Source of the DNA: Candidatus Micrarchaeota archaeon
Lineage (GTDB): Archaea; Micrarchaeota; Micrarchaeia; Anstonellales; JAGGVH01
Assembly (NCBI GenBank): GCA_021158105.1
Contig: JAGGVH010000016.1
Location: 1 to 49,023, forward strand
Direction of reading: 5' to 3'
Length of the DNA stretch: 49,023 nucleotides
The notes under the pieces are model-generated. The model did no database searches. It saw only the letters and a program-made list of their open reading frames with translations, and was not told the DNA's origin. A program made the position numbers and the translations under genes. Each line of letters opens with the position of its first letter. Position 1 is the stretch's first letter. Shown piece by piece: positions 10,565 through 20,540 of the stretch.

Positions 10565-11185
10565 TTACCTTGCAGCCCTTGCCATCCTTTCGATTTCATC
10601 TCTCTTCTTGACAGCATATGAATTCTGCAAGTCACCTTGGGCAGCATATATAATCTCATTAGCCAACGCCTCTGATAAAGAAATCTTTTTATTGAAACAC
10701 CTCATAAGCGATGCCAGTGCAATGTTCCTAAGTGCAAGGTCTAACCTCCTAGTAACAGAAATGTCAACTGCAACTTGATAAGACACACCACCGAACGACA
10801 CACGAGTCACATCCTCCCTAGGCGCAGAGTTTTGTATGGCATCAACGAGCACTTGAATAGGATTCTTTTTGGTTCTCTCATGAATGATGTCAAATGTCCG
10901 CATAACAATCTTTATAACCTTCTGCTTTTTGCCCTGGAGTTTACCATGTGTTCTTATAACTTTGCCCGAAATCTTGTCACCAGTACCGCCACGCATAAGT
11001 TTATTTATCAGTCTCTCAACAATGTTAACTTTATCCTTTCCAAATTGTTTTTTAACGTGCCTCCCAGCAGAATGTGGAGTATGGATAGGAGTAAGGGAAA
11101 TATGCGGTTTAAGTGAAATGTCACTAACTTCAATACCGTCAAATGAATATTTTCCAAACAAAAGAAAAGATTTTGACAAGTCCAT
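10565..11185 (-). CDS. rps7: 30S ribosomal protein uS7
   Basis: IVERLINKLM, NPIQVLVDAI.NSAPRED, KKRDEIERMARAAR. Confidence 0.97.
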   Translation of the reverse strand: MDLSKSFLLFGKYSFDGIEVSDISLKPHISLTPIHTPHSAGRHVKKQFGKDKVNIVERLINKLMRGGTGDKISGKVIRTHGKLQGKKQKVIKIVMRTFDIIHERTKKNPIQVLVDAIQNSAPREDVTRVSFGGVSYQVAVDISVTRRLDLALRNIALASLMRCFNKKISLSEALANEIIYAAQGDLQNSYAVKKRDEIERMARAAR

Positions 11186-11196
11186 GTTATCACCTT

Positions 11197-11625
11197 TTAC
11201 CTCTTAGGTTTTTCTTTCTTTTTCTTCCACAACAGTTTAAGGTCAATATTGTTAACTTTTTCAACTTTAAACCTGACTCCGGGGATTGAACCCATCTGTC
11301 CCCTCTGTGAACCGCCAAGACCAGACAATAATACTTCATCATGCTCATCAATATAATTGATTGCACTGTTTCCCGGTGCATGAGCAGTAACAACCTTCCC
11401 GTTCTTAACCAGCTGAACTTTGACACACTTTATCAGTCCTGAATGCGGCTGTTTTTGCTCAAGTGCACGTTTCTCTAAAACAATTCCTCTAACCATCGGC
11501 GCCTTCCCCGCAGGGTTATACTTAAAATTAAGGTTAAGTTTTCTCCGTTTCCATCTTTTTGATAACCATTTCTGTTTTTTTCTTCTCCTTAAAAGGTCTC
11601 TGCCTGCAAATTCACCATGACCCAT
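11197..11625 (-). CDS. rps12: 30S ribosomal protein uS12
   Basis: RGIVLEK..KQP.S...KCVKVQLVKNGK, IDEHDEV, IPGVRFKV; position in the cluster. Confidence 0.96.
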   Translation of the reverse strand: MGHGEFAGRDLLRRRKKQKWLSKRWKRRKLNLNFKYNPAGKAPMVRGIVLEKRALEQKQPHSGLIKCVKVQLVKNGKVVTAHAPGNSAINYIDEHDEVLLSGLGGSQRGQMGSIPGVRFKVEKVNNIDLKLLWKKKKEKPKR

Positions 11626-11694
11626 AATACCACCATATTAACATATTATTACACACTTTCACTTTCCACTGTTACACTTAATATAATATATCCA

Positions 11695-12111
11695 TTATTT
11701 TGTTATAAGTTTCAACTCTTTACCATACAATCTCTTTATTATGTCCCTATTTCTTTTAATGATTTCACCACCCTTACCAATTGCAAGCCCGCGATGTTTC
11801 AAATTAATAGTAACATGAACAGTGTCATCTTGTTCACTAACTGAGATTATTTGAATATTAGACATCAAATACTTTATAAATACTTCTATGTTTGGATTAT
11901 ACTCAACAATCCTAACATTCTTTTTAAATTTTTCTTTTAACCTTTTAATAGATGATGCATCACGCCCTATACTTTTACGCAGGAGCCCACGATTGACAAC
12001 GAATAACACATTATTATCTGTAATAACACAGTCCATAGGAGAAACATGTGTTATCCTTTCAAACAGGTTCATTGAACCCAATGTTGTGCTGTCGATAACT
12101 CTTTTTATCAA
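11695..12111 (-). CDS. nusA: Archaeal NusA (two KH domains)
   Basis: GLAIGKGG KH motif; located between L30e and S12. Confidence 0.9.
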   Translation of the reverse strand: MIKRVIDSTTLGSMNLFERITHVSPMDCVITDNNVLFVVNRGLLRKSIGRDASSIKRLKEKFKKNVRIVEYNPNIEVFIKYLMSNIQIISVSEQDDTVHVTINLKHRGLAIGKGGEIIKRNRDIIKRLYGKELKLITK

Positions 12112-12126
12112 AAAATCCCCTTTTAT

Positions 12127-12435
12127 CTATTTGAAAACGTCCAACACCTTTGAGTCGCCCTCATTCAATATTACCATAACTGAAATCGGATGCGGCCGGC
12201 CACATGTCTCACCCAACCGTATTGCAGAATTGGGGTATATGACCAACGGAATCTGTGCAAGTTCTGAATAATATGTTATATCATTCTTTATATCCTTTGG
12301 ACTATCATTAGACAAAATAATCAGTTTGCCTTCACCATTCATCACACTTCTTTTGCATTCATTAATTCCTATGACAACTTTACCAGTATTGTATGCCAAC
12401 CTAATATTCTTTTCAATCGTTCCGATATCTTTCAT
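12127..12435 (-). CDS. rpl30e: 50S ribosomal protein eL30
   Basis: TGKVVIG..LGETCGRPHPIS..GDS. Confidence 0.95.
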   Translation of the reverse strand: MKDIGTIEKNIRLAYNTGKVVIGINECKRSVMNGEGKLIILSNDSPKDIKNDITYYSELAQIPLVIYPNSAIRLGETCGRPHPISVMVILNEGDSKVLDVFK

Positions 12436-12456
12436 AAAAATCACCTACTCCATTTG

Positions 12457-13473
12457 TTAAAGTTTAACCTTTAATTTTACTCGCCCCGTACCCAACGGAA
12501 CTGTTTGACCAATCAGTATGTTCTCAGTCACGCCTTGTAACCTGTCAACTGTCCCAGTAACTGCCGCCTCAGTTATATGCCTGACAGTCTCTTCAAATGC
12601 TGCACGTGCAAACACACTGGGTTTGCCACCTGCTAACCCGTGCCGTCCGATTGATGTAATCTCACCATCAAAACACATTGCATCAGCAAGAAGCATAATA
12701 TGCCTCACATCAACATATAACCCTTGTGAATCCATAACATATTTAACCTGCTGTACCTGAACAGTTCTAGCAGCTTCAATACCCAATGTCTTCTCAACCT
12801 CTTTAACATCATTTGAAAATACCCTTGCGGTGTCAACACCTTCAACTTCTCTCACATCACTTATGTTTGACCCACTAGTAAAAATTATATATTCATCATT
12901 CTGCTGTATAACCATTGCTTTCTCAATACCCTTAACACCAGAAAGATGAAGCTTTGAAAGTTTAATGTAAACTTTTCTGATGTCAATCAATTTATTCTTA
13001 TTCCCAAACACAATTTTAATCTTATTATCTTTTGATGTAACCCTGACATCTTTCTCTTTAAAGAAACTTCTCACTTTTGATCGGATATTGTCCACACTAA
13101 TCCCATGATATTTAATCTCATCATTGTTTATAGTAATAACTATTGTTTTTTCACCAAGATCCTCTTTAACTTTTGCAACCTGATCCAATAATAAATATTC
13201 AATCCTGTGTGCAACTTCCATGGCTTTCTTCTCAGATTTTGCAAACTTTTTGTTGAGATGAATTTCCATTATTGGCTGTTTAGGTGTCTTGCGCGCATCA
13301 ACAAGTTCTATCAACCTTGGAAGGCCTGTCGGCACCTGTTCAGCCATGCCAGCATAATGGAACGCCCTCATAGTCATCTGGGTTCCAGGTTCACCAATAC
13401 TTTGCGCAGCAACAACACCTATTGGCTCATAAGGTGTTATCTTCCATTCATCCTTAATCTTTTTCTTAACCAT
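12457..13473 (-). CDS. rpoA2: RNA polymerase subunit A'' (Rpo1C)
   Basis: AAQSIGEPGTQMTM, GLPRLIE, LGIEAAR, ARAAFEET; start set at MVKKK after a GGTGGTG RBS. Confidence 0.97.
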   Translation of the reverse strand: MVKKKIKDEWKITPYEPIGVVAAQSIGEPGTQMTMRAFHYAGMAEQVPTGLPRLIELVDARKTPKQPIMEIHLNKKFAKSEKKAMEVAHRIEYLLLDQVAKVKEDLGEKTIVITINNDEIKYHGISVDNIRSKVRSFFKEKDVRVTSKDNKIKIVFGNKNKLIDIRKVYIKLSKLHLSGVKGIEKAMVIQQNDEYIIFTSGSNISDVREVEGVDTARVFSNDVKEVEKTLGIEAARTVQVQQVKYVMDSQGLYVDVRHIMLLADAMCFDGEITSIGRHGLAGGKPSVFARAAFEETVRHITEAAVTGTVDRLQGVTENILIGQTVPLGTGRVKLKVKL

Positions 13474-13484
13474 TAAAACCACCA

Positions 13485-16028
13485 TCACACATACTTATGA
13501 TACATTGAATATGTAGGATCAAGACCGTCACCACCATAAATAAACTGGATAATCTTACCAGACAACTCTCTTGCACTCAAATCATCACTAACATATATAT
13601 CCTGCAACGCATGTATCATCCTTCTTTGCATATATCCAGACCGTCCAGTCCTGAGTGCTTTTATAACCATCGAATCCCTACCACCCATACTTTGGAAGAA
13701 ATGCTCAACAGGTGTTAACCCTTCAAGGAAAGAACGCGGTATGAAACCTCTTGCCCTTGCACCAAGGTCACCCGGGAGAAAATGTGGCAATGTCCTGTTA
13801 TGGTACCCACGTGTCAACCTTTTACTTCTAACTGACTGCTGTCCAACCATTGCAGACATGTTAATTGTGTTAACTATTGAACCTCTTGCCTTGATCTTTG
13901 CAACGATCAATGCATTGTTATCAGGACCGAATGCATTCTCTATTATTTTCCCGCACAATTTTCTGGTCTTGCCATTTATTTCTAAGATTTTGTTTTCAAG
14001 CGTTTCCTTTAATGTCAATCCTGGTGCACGTTTTAATGTTTTATTCTTATACTTTAAAACTATTGCATCAATCTCTCTCTCAGCATTATTTATTATCTCC
14101 TTTATCTTCTTTTGTGTGGCATCATGCAATTCATATTCCCTGTACCCTAAAGAGAATCCCATAATCTTAAGAGTCGTTAGCCCTAACAATGTACTCCTAT
14201 TCACAAATTCCCTGCCAGCATCATACCCTTTCAAATAGGTCAACTGTTCACCGATTTCCCTATAACTTTTATTGTCAAGTGCACCTTGAACTAAAACACC
14301 ATTCTCAACTTTAACCTGTCCTTCTTCCTTATCAAGCGAATAAAAATCTGTCTTCTCAGAATAGTTTATTCCTTCAGGTATTAAGAGAGACATTAAAAGT
14401 TTACCTGAATATTTGTCACCAACATCAGGTTCGGGGAGGTGAGTAATCCCTGCAACAGATAATAAATAGGACGTTTCAACCTTGTCAAATACTGCATTAT
14501 ACGTAAGCTTAAAAGCTCCTGAAATGTGGTCCTCATTAGGTGCAATTATCATCCTACCATGACGAACAGACAACATCTGTTTGTGAGGCTCCATTAATTC
14601 TTTTGCTTCAACCTGTGCTTCAACACTCTGGATTATATGAAGATTCATCTCATCGCCATCAAAATCTGCATTGTATGGCGGGCACACTGCAGGGTTTATT
14701 CTTAATGTCTTGCCAGGCAACACTTTTGCAGTATGGCCCATTATAGACATCCTGTGAAGTGATGGTTGCCTGTTAAATAGTGTTATATCACCAGATATCA
14801 ATTGCCGTTCAACAACACACCCAGGAATAAGACCGTCAATAACTTCCTGTTTTGTATGTTCAGTGATCTTTACCCTGTGATTGTTTGGCATGATAACATA
14901 AACAGCCTTTGGATATTCATCTGATAAAATATACTTTTTAACTTCTTCAATGTTCCATGTCGTAACCTTGATAGGAACTGTTACCTCCTCTGCAATTGTC
15001 TGTGGAACACCTACCATGTTAATGTCAAGACGCGGGTCGGGTGATATAACAGTCCTAGCAGAAAAATTAACACGCTTACCTGAAAGGTTATACCTAAACC
15101 TTCCCTCCTTACCTTTCAATCGTTGTGCCAAAGTTTTTAATGCCCTACCTGACCTGTGACGGGCAGGAGGAGTGTTTGGGAGTTCATTATTGAAATATGT
15201 GCTCACATGATATTGCAACAGCTCCCATAAGTCTTCTATGATTAACTGCGGCGCGCCAGCATTGATGTTCATTTCCAACCTTTGATTAATCCTTATGATG
15301 TCAACAAGTTTGTGTGTCAAATCATCCTCAGACCGTTCGCCACTTTCCAAGGTTATCGACGGTCTAACGTTCACAGGCGGAACAGGCAGCACAGTTAACA
15401 CCATCCACTCCGGCCTCGCATGGATAGGATCAATCTTAAGCAATCTTAAATCATCATTTGATATGCCTTCTAACCATTCCCTAACTTCAGTGGGCAACAT
15501 TGCGACTTTATCTTTGTAAAAAGTTGTGGGTTTTAAAAGTGTAATCTCAGGTTGTTTAGCACCACAATGGGGGCATACATTACCTTTTAATTTCTTAGTT
15601 TTAAATTTCACAACAAGGTTTGAGGCTTCTTTCTCTTCATCTTCCATTGCTTCATACTCACTCAATTCAGCTTTTAACTTGTCAACATCTTTTTCATCTA
15701 ATATTACCCGATGACATTTTGGACATGTTGAACGTAGAAGATAAAGAATAATCTTTGAATACAAAGGATTTATGACCGGCCTAACAAGTTCAATCCTTCC
15801 AAAATGACCAGAACATGTTCCCATCCTGCCACCGCATGTCCTACACTTTAATCCCGGATCGATAACACCCATCCGAGTATCTATAAGGCCGTTCTCTATC
15901 GGATACCCATCATCATTGTACGTATCTGGAACTGTAACCTTAACTACACTCATCTTTCTAATCTCATCTGGAGATAATACTGTAAATCGCACGCCACCAA
16001 TCTTCTTATCAACTACCAAGTCAACCAT
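13485..16028 (-). CDS. rpoA1: RNA polymerase subunit A' (Rpo1N)
   Basis: Zn-clamp cysteines, GKRVNFSAR, NRQPSLH, catalytic NADFDGD. Confidence 0.98.
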   Translation of the reverse strand: MVDLVVDKKIGGVRFTVLSPDEIRKMSVVKVTVPDTYNDDGYPIENGLIDTRMGVIDPGLKCRTCGGRMGTCSGHFGRIELVRPVINPLYSKIILYLLRSTCPKCHRVILDEKDVDKLKAELSEYEAMEDEEKEASNLVVKFKTKKLKGNVCPHCGAKQPEITLLKPTTFYKDKVAMLPTEVREWLEGISNDDLRLLKIDPIHARPEWMVLTVLPVPPVNVRPSITLESGERSEDDLTHKLVDIIRINQRLEMNINAGAPQLIIEDLWELLQYHVSTYFNNELPNTPPARHRSGRALKTLAQRLKGKEGRFRYNLSGKRVNFSARTVISPDPRLDINMVGVPQTIAEEVTVPIKVTTWNIEEVKKYILSDEYPKAVYVIMPNNHRVKITEHTKQEVIDGLIPGCVVERQLISGDITLFNRQPSLHRMSIMGHTAKVLPGKTLRINPAVCPPYNADFDGDEMNLHIIQSVEAQVEAKELMEPHKQMLSVRHGRMIIAPNEDHISGAFKLTYNAVFDKVETSYLLSVAGITHLPEPDVGDKYSGKLLMSLLIPEGINYSEKTDFYSLDKEEGQVKVENGVLVQGALDNKSYREIGEQLTYLKGYDAGREFVNRSTLLGLTTLKIMGFSLGYREYELHDATQKKIKEIINNAEREIDAIVLKYKNKTLKRAPGLTLKETLENKILEINGKTRKLCGKIIENAFGPDNNALIVAKIKARGSIVNTINMSAMVGQQSVRSKRLTRGYHNRTLPHFLPGDLGARARGFIPRSFLEGLTPVEHFFQSMGGRDSMVIKALRTGRSGYMQRRMIHALQDIYVSDDLSARELSGKIIQFIYGGDGLDPTYSMYHKYV

Positions 16029-16046
16029 GACACCACCTTATTCAAA

Positions 16047-17855
16047 CTAAGCCTTATCCTCTAAAAGGATTTTGGGGTTTACACCAAGAGAGATTATCTC
16101 ATCAAGCAATAATTGGAACGCATAACTAATCTCAACTTTATAGAACTTGTTACTGTCACCACATATAGGACAAACTGTCTTATTCTTTGTGTAATCAAAA
16201 TACCCTATAGAGCCACAGCGGGCACATACCAACATCGTAGATTTATCACTCTCTTCAAGCAATCTTTCTTTTATAAGCATAGATGACCCATAACCTATCA
16301 AACAATCCCTTTCCATCTCACCAAAACGTAGTCCGCCACCTCTTGCACGACCTTCAGTGGGCTGCCTTGTTAATAACTGCACTGGACCCCTCGACCGTGC
16401 GTGAATCTTATTAGATACAAGATGATGCAACCTCTGATAATAAACAACTCCAACAAAAATCTTTGCTCTTAGTTTTCTTCCAGTTATAGGGTCAAACATT
16501 TCCTCTTCACAATACTCATCAAACCCATTATCCTTTAACATTTTCTTAAAATCATCAATGTTATCATTAACAAATGCACTACCATCTATCCTTTTACCGA
16601 CTATTGAACCTGCCTTGCCACCCATCATTTCAATGATATGGCCAAACGTCATCCTAGATGGGATAGCATGAGTATTAACAATCAAATCAGGAACGATGCC
16701 ATCCTTAGTAAAAGGCATGTCCTCCTGTGGCAAAATCATTCCTATAACTCCTTTCTGTCCAGAACGCGCTGCAAACTTGTCACCCAGTTCAGGAACCTTA
16801 ATATCTCTAAGCCTAACCTCAACCATGCGATTGCCACCCAACGAATCAGTAACCATGACTGAATCAACTATACCCACCTGGCCAGACTTAACAGTTACTG
16901 AACTTTCCCTCTTTTTCTCCTCAATTATACCAAAAACTGAAATCTCTTCTAAGAACCTTGGCGGCGAAGTTTTGCCTATGAGCACGTCGCCACCTTTAAC
17001 ATTAACTTCCGGCGAGATTATACCGTCACTTCCTAAATACCTGTATGCCTCTTCAGACCGATACCCCAATATTGTAGGTGGTGGTATTTCAAACTTGTCC
17101 TTCTGTCCACTGGGATACCTTTTTTCCTCAGCAGTTGAAGTCCTAAACATAACTACTCTTCCCATCCCCCTGTCCAATGCACCTTTATTGATTATGATGG
17201 CATCTTCTGTGTTGTATTCATATGACAACACTGCAACAACAAAATTCTGGCCAGCCGCGTGGTTGCCCATCTTAAGATTTTCATAAGTCCGCGTTGTGAC
17301 CAAGGGTAGCTGTGGGTAGTACATAATATATGACCGTGACAAATAATAATTTGTATAATTTGCAGAGTACAATCCTAAAGACTGTTTTGTTTGTGACGCC
17401 GCCATTGCATTTCTGGATGATAAGTTATGGTTTGGATAAGGTAAACTGCCACCAACTGTACCTAACACTGAAATCAGGTCAACCTCCAAATGTGTATGTT
17501 TCTCGTTAAGTTCATTTTCCCATTGTGCAATATAAGCCATCTCTTCCTCTTCTGCATCTAAATATTCTATAACACCCATGTTAACTAAATCTTCCCATCC
17601 TATTTCATTAGAATTTAATTTGTCTTTAAGTTCCTGAGTAAGCCGTGATTTCCCATTGTCAACTATAATGTATGGCCTTCTCGCTCTTCCTCTGTCTGTG
17701 TTAATATAAAACGAATTGAATGTCTTATTGTATGAAAAGTTTGCATGTTTTGTTATTTCACCTTTCCTCCTGCTGGCAACGAGTTGGTTATAAAGTTCTA
17801 AAGGATTATCATGATACCCAACCAAGCACCCATTAACATAAACTCCAGTATTCAT
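16047..17855 (-). CDS. rpoB1: RNA polymerase subunit B' (Rpo2C)
   Basis: GDKFAARSGQKG, PSRMT, GGLRFGEMERD, C-terminal Zn finger. Confidence 0.98.
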   Translation of the reverse strand: MNTGVYVNGCLVGYHDNPLELYNQLVASRRKGEITKHANFSYNKTFNSFYINTDRGRARRPYIIVDNGKSRLTQELKDKLNSNEIGWEDLVNMGVIEYLDAEEEEMAYIAQWENELNEKHTHLEVDLISVLGTVGGSLPYPNHNLSSRNAMAASQTKQSLGLYSANYTNYYLSRSYIMYYPQLPLVTTRTYENLKMGNHAAGQNFVVAVLSYEYNTEDAIIINKGALDRGMGRVVMFRTSTAEEKRYPSGQKDKFEIPPPTILGYRSEEAYRYLGSDGIISPEVNVKGGDVLIGKTSPPRFLEEISVFGIIEEKKRESSVTVKSGQVGIVDSVMVTDSLGGNRMVEVRLRDIKVPELGDKFAARSGQKGVIGMILPQEDMPFTKDGIVPDLIVNTHAIPSRMTFGHIIEMMGGKAGSIVGKRIDGSAFVNDNIDDFKKMLKDNGFDEYCEEEMFDPITGRKLRAKIFVGVVYYQRLHHLVSNKIHARSRGPVQLLTRQPTEGRARGGGLRFGEMERDCLIGYGSSMLIKERLLEESDKSTMLVCARCGSIGYFDYTKNKTVCPICGDSNKFYKVEISYAFQLLLDEIISLGVNPKILLEDKA

Positions 17856-17889
17856 ATTACCACCTTATCTATTTTTTGAGTTTATTCAA

Positions 17890-19365
17890 TTATATCATCT
17901 TAACATTATTTTCCTTTAATTTCTCGATAATTGCATTAACATGCTCCTGTTCATTCTGTTCACCAGGAGTGACCTCTGTTATCAGTGCTAAATTCTTAAC
18001 AAGTGCAATGTTTGGACCTTCTGGACTTTCAGTGGGACAAATCTTTCCCCAATGAGTCCCATGCAAATCCCTTGCCAAGAAATGGGGATGTTTTTTACTG
18101 AGCGGGGAAATTACCCTTCTAAGATGGGATAACATCGAAAGATAACTTGTCCTGTCAAGAAGTTGTGCAACACCAGTCTGCCCTGCCACCCAATTGCCTG
18201 TTGCAAGCGCAATACGAATCCTGTCACTCAATGCATCAGGCCTGACTAAGTTCTGAACGATTAATCTTCGCCCTCTTGCCTCAGCCCTACTAGCTTGATA
18301 TTGAATATCCCTAACCAAAAACTTAAACGCATACCTGAACAAATCCTCCATCAGAACACCTGATATCTTAACCCTCTTATTAGCATAATGATCCTTATCA
18401 TCAGGAGCCACCCGTTCTGTGCCAACAAGGTTGGCACGATATGCCATCTCAATCAAAAACTTTGCCTTTTTGATCCTATCCTCTTTCTGTTTGCTGATAT
18501 GCGGGAGAAGATAAGTGTCCAACAACAATTCTGCACGCAATAATTGCTCTGCTTCATCACGATTGGGCATTACTCTCTTTCCCAAATATTTTAATGCATC
18601 ATCATTTGTCTTTGTTTTGTCCTCATCAAAATTAATAAGAAAATCGTTCTTTAACATTAAGTCATCAGGAAGATTTTCTAAGATTGCTTTATTATTCTTT
18701 AATCCTAATGCTTTCAATACAATAGTAAGATAAAGTTCAGTAGGTGAACTTGGGAATTCAAGCTTAAAAATACCATTGTTCTTACGTTCAACAACACATC
18801 TCGCTCTAAAACCATCTTTTGTTGAAAATATCTTTGAAATGACTATGGATTTTGTACCCTCTTTAGTAGTTATTAACCTATTTGGTGCAAGGTCTTCAAT
18901 GCCAACCAAAACCTTTTCACTTCCATTAATTATAAAATAACCACCAGGGTCATCAGGGTCTTCACCAGCATCGATCAATTCTTCAGAACTCATGTTTTCA
19001 AGATAACATAACTTTGATTTTAACATGACAGGCAATTCGCCTATGTAAACCTCTGAAACCATTGACTCTATACCGTGCATGACAGAAATGACTTCTAAGA
19101 AAATCGGTGCAGAATATGTTATCCCTCGTAAGCGAGCCTCGTTTGGCAAGATTTCTCTTCGAGAACCGTCAGCTTCAATGATCATCGGCTTTTCAAGCCT
19201 TACCTTTCCCAAACGTATGCTGTAACCTTCAATGTTGGTAGGTATGACGCCTACGTTGTCTATTATGCTCTGCATACCGTTGTCTATAAACCTGTTGTAA
19301 GATTCTAAATGTTGCCTAACAAAAGAATGTTCCCTAAAATACGCTTCCAATTCATTCTTAATCAT
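17890..19365 (-). CDS. rpoB2: RNA polymerase subunit B'' (Rpo2N)
   Basis: DPGGYFIINGSEKV, DDKDHYANKR, LSHLRR, GKICPTESPEG; ATG 19365 follows a GAGGGGTG RBS. Confidence 0.98.
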   Translation of the reverse strand: MIKNELEAYFREHSFVRQHLESYNRFIDNGMQSIIDNVGVIPTNIEGYSIRLGKVRLEKPMIIEADGSRREILPNEARLRGITYSAPIFLEVISVMHGIESMVSEVYIGELPVMLKSKLCYLENMSSEELIDAGEDPDDPGGYFIINGSEKVLVGIEDLAPNRLITTKEGTKSIVISKIFSTKDGFRARCVVERKNNGIFKLEFPSSPTELYLTIVLKALGLKNNKAILENLPDDLMLKNDFLINFDEDKTKTNDDALKYLGKRVMPNRDEAEQLLRAELLLDTYLLPHISKQKEDRIKKAKFLIEMAYRANLVGTERVAPDDKDHYANKRVKISGVLMEDLFRYAFKFLVRDIQYQASRAEARGRRLIVQNLVRPDALSDRIRIALATGNWVAGQTGVAQLLDRTSYLSMLSHLRRVISPLSKKHPHFLARDLHGTHWGKICPTESPEGPNIALVKNLALITEVTPGEQNEQEHVNAIIEKLKENNVKMI

Positions 19366-19457
19366 ATGACACCCCTCAAATATAATACTTTTCAATTACC
19401 ATACCTTTATTGCATTCTTCAACATAACCTCTAACTGATTAAAAGGTCAACTGAGAA

Positions 19458-19709
19458 TTATTCAACCACACGATAATAATCATATTCGCCAGTGAAATCC
19501 TTACGGTGAATCTTAATGATCATCCCTTTTGTAACTTTAAAACTGTGCTTGCGCATCATTATCTTTAAACCCATATCGTTCTTCTTAATCTTTGGAAGGT
19601 TTTGTTTTGTGGTGTTAAATTTCTTAAGAAGTTCTTCTTCCTCCTCTTTGCTTAGAGGCAAATGTTCTGGAATAAGCTCATGGTCAGAATATTTAATCTC
19701 ATCCTTCAA
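19458..19709 (-). CDS. rpoH: RNA polymerase subunit H (Rpo5)
   Basis: HELIPEH..LPKI..YYRVV; first gene of the rpo cluster. Confidence 0.93.
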   Translation of the reverse strand: MKDEIKYSDHELIPEHLPLSKEEEEELLKKFNTTKQNLPKIKKNDMGLKIMMRKHSFKVTKGMIIKIHRKDFTGEYDYYRVVE

Positions 19710-19888
19710 TATATCACCACCTGTGCACAGGTATTGCAGGGTTTTAAAATTATAAAAGCATATACTTTAAATAACGAAAAGTTTATAAATGGTTTGGAAT
19801 ATGTGTAAGCTCTTCCATTATCCTGTTGTCCACCATATTCAATCTAATAAACTTTGATCAGCAATAACCTTTAACTTTTAAATTTAGA

Positions 19889-20494
19889 TTAATATTCTAT
19901 GTATACTTTTGTCTCATACTTCTCTTCAACCTTTCTCTTAAACTCGTTCGGATCTGCTTCAATACCATCAAACGTGTTGTAATGTATTGGGATAACAACC
20001 TTGGGTTTGATATGACCGACAGCTTCAACTGCATCATTAATGTTCATTGTATAAGTCCCACCTATAGGAAGAAGTGCAATGTCAATATTTTTTAAATCTT
20101 TCATCTCAGGTATAACATCTGTATCACCTGCATGATATATTCTTGCATTATCAATGTTAACAATAACACCTGTGCCCATTCCTTTCGGGTGAAACTTTTT
20201 ATCAATATTATAAGCATGGACAAACTCCAGCTTCACACCATTAATCTCTTTGATGTCACCTGGGGAAACATTAACCTGTGCATATTTACAGTCCGCCCCC
20301 ACAGTAACTGTATCATTCTTTAATATCTTTTTAGGGTCTGCACAATGGTCATAATGCTTATGAGTAAATATTACTATGTCAGCCTTTTCAGGATTATCAG
20401 GTAATACATAAGGATCTATATAAATCGTCTTTGAACCCTTTATCATTACAGACGCATGACCAAAAACTTTAACTTCAATGTTTCCATATTTCAT
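19889..20494 (-). CDS. Metallo-beta-lactamase-fold hydrolase (UPF0173/UlaG-like)
   Basis: GHAS, IDPY, THKHYDH, YHAGDT, LPIGG, PIHY. Confidence 0.92.
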   Translation of the reverse strand: MKYGNIEVKVFGHASVMIKGSKTIYIDPYVLPDNPEKADIVIFTHKHYDHCADPKKILKNDTVTVGADCKYAQVNVSPGDIKEINGVKLEFVHAYNIDKKFHPKGMGTGVIVNIDNARIYHAGDTDVIPEMKDLKNIDIALLPIGGTYTMNINDAVEAVGHIKPKVVIPIHYNTFDGIEADPNEFKRKVEEKYETKVYIEY

Positions 20495-20540
20495 ATTATC
20501 ACCTTTTCATTATTCATATTAACACACCTTCAAAATCTAA

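Noticed and set aside
16047-19365. Split rpoB as a frameshift or pseudogene
   Set aside because: The B''/B' split is an established archaeal arrangement, and B' has its own RBS and start codon
4559-19755. Many antisense ORFs of 60-196 aa opposite eno, ths, thiI, ribosomal and rpo genes
   Set aside because: Shadow ORFs of conserved genes with no independent motifs; the same applies to those opposite ABCE1, aRF1 and EF-2
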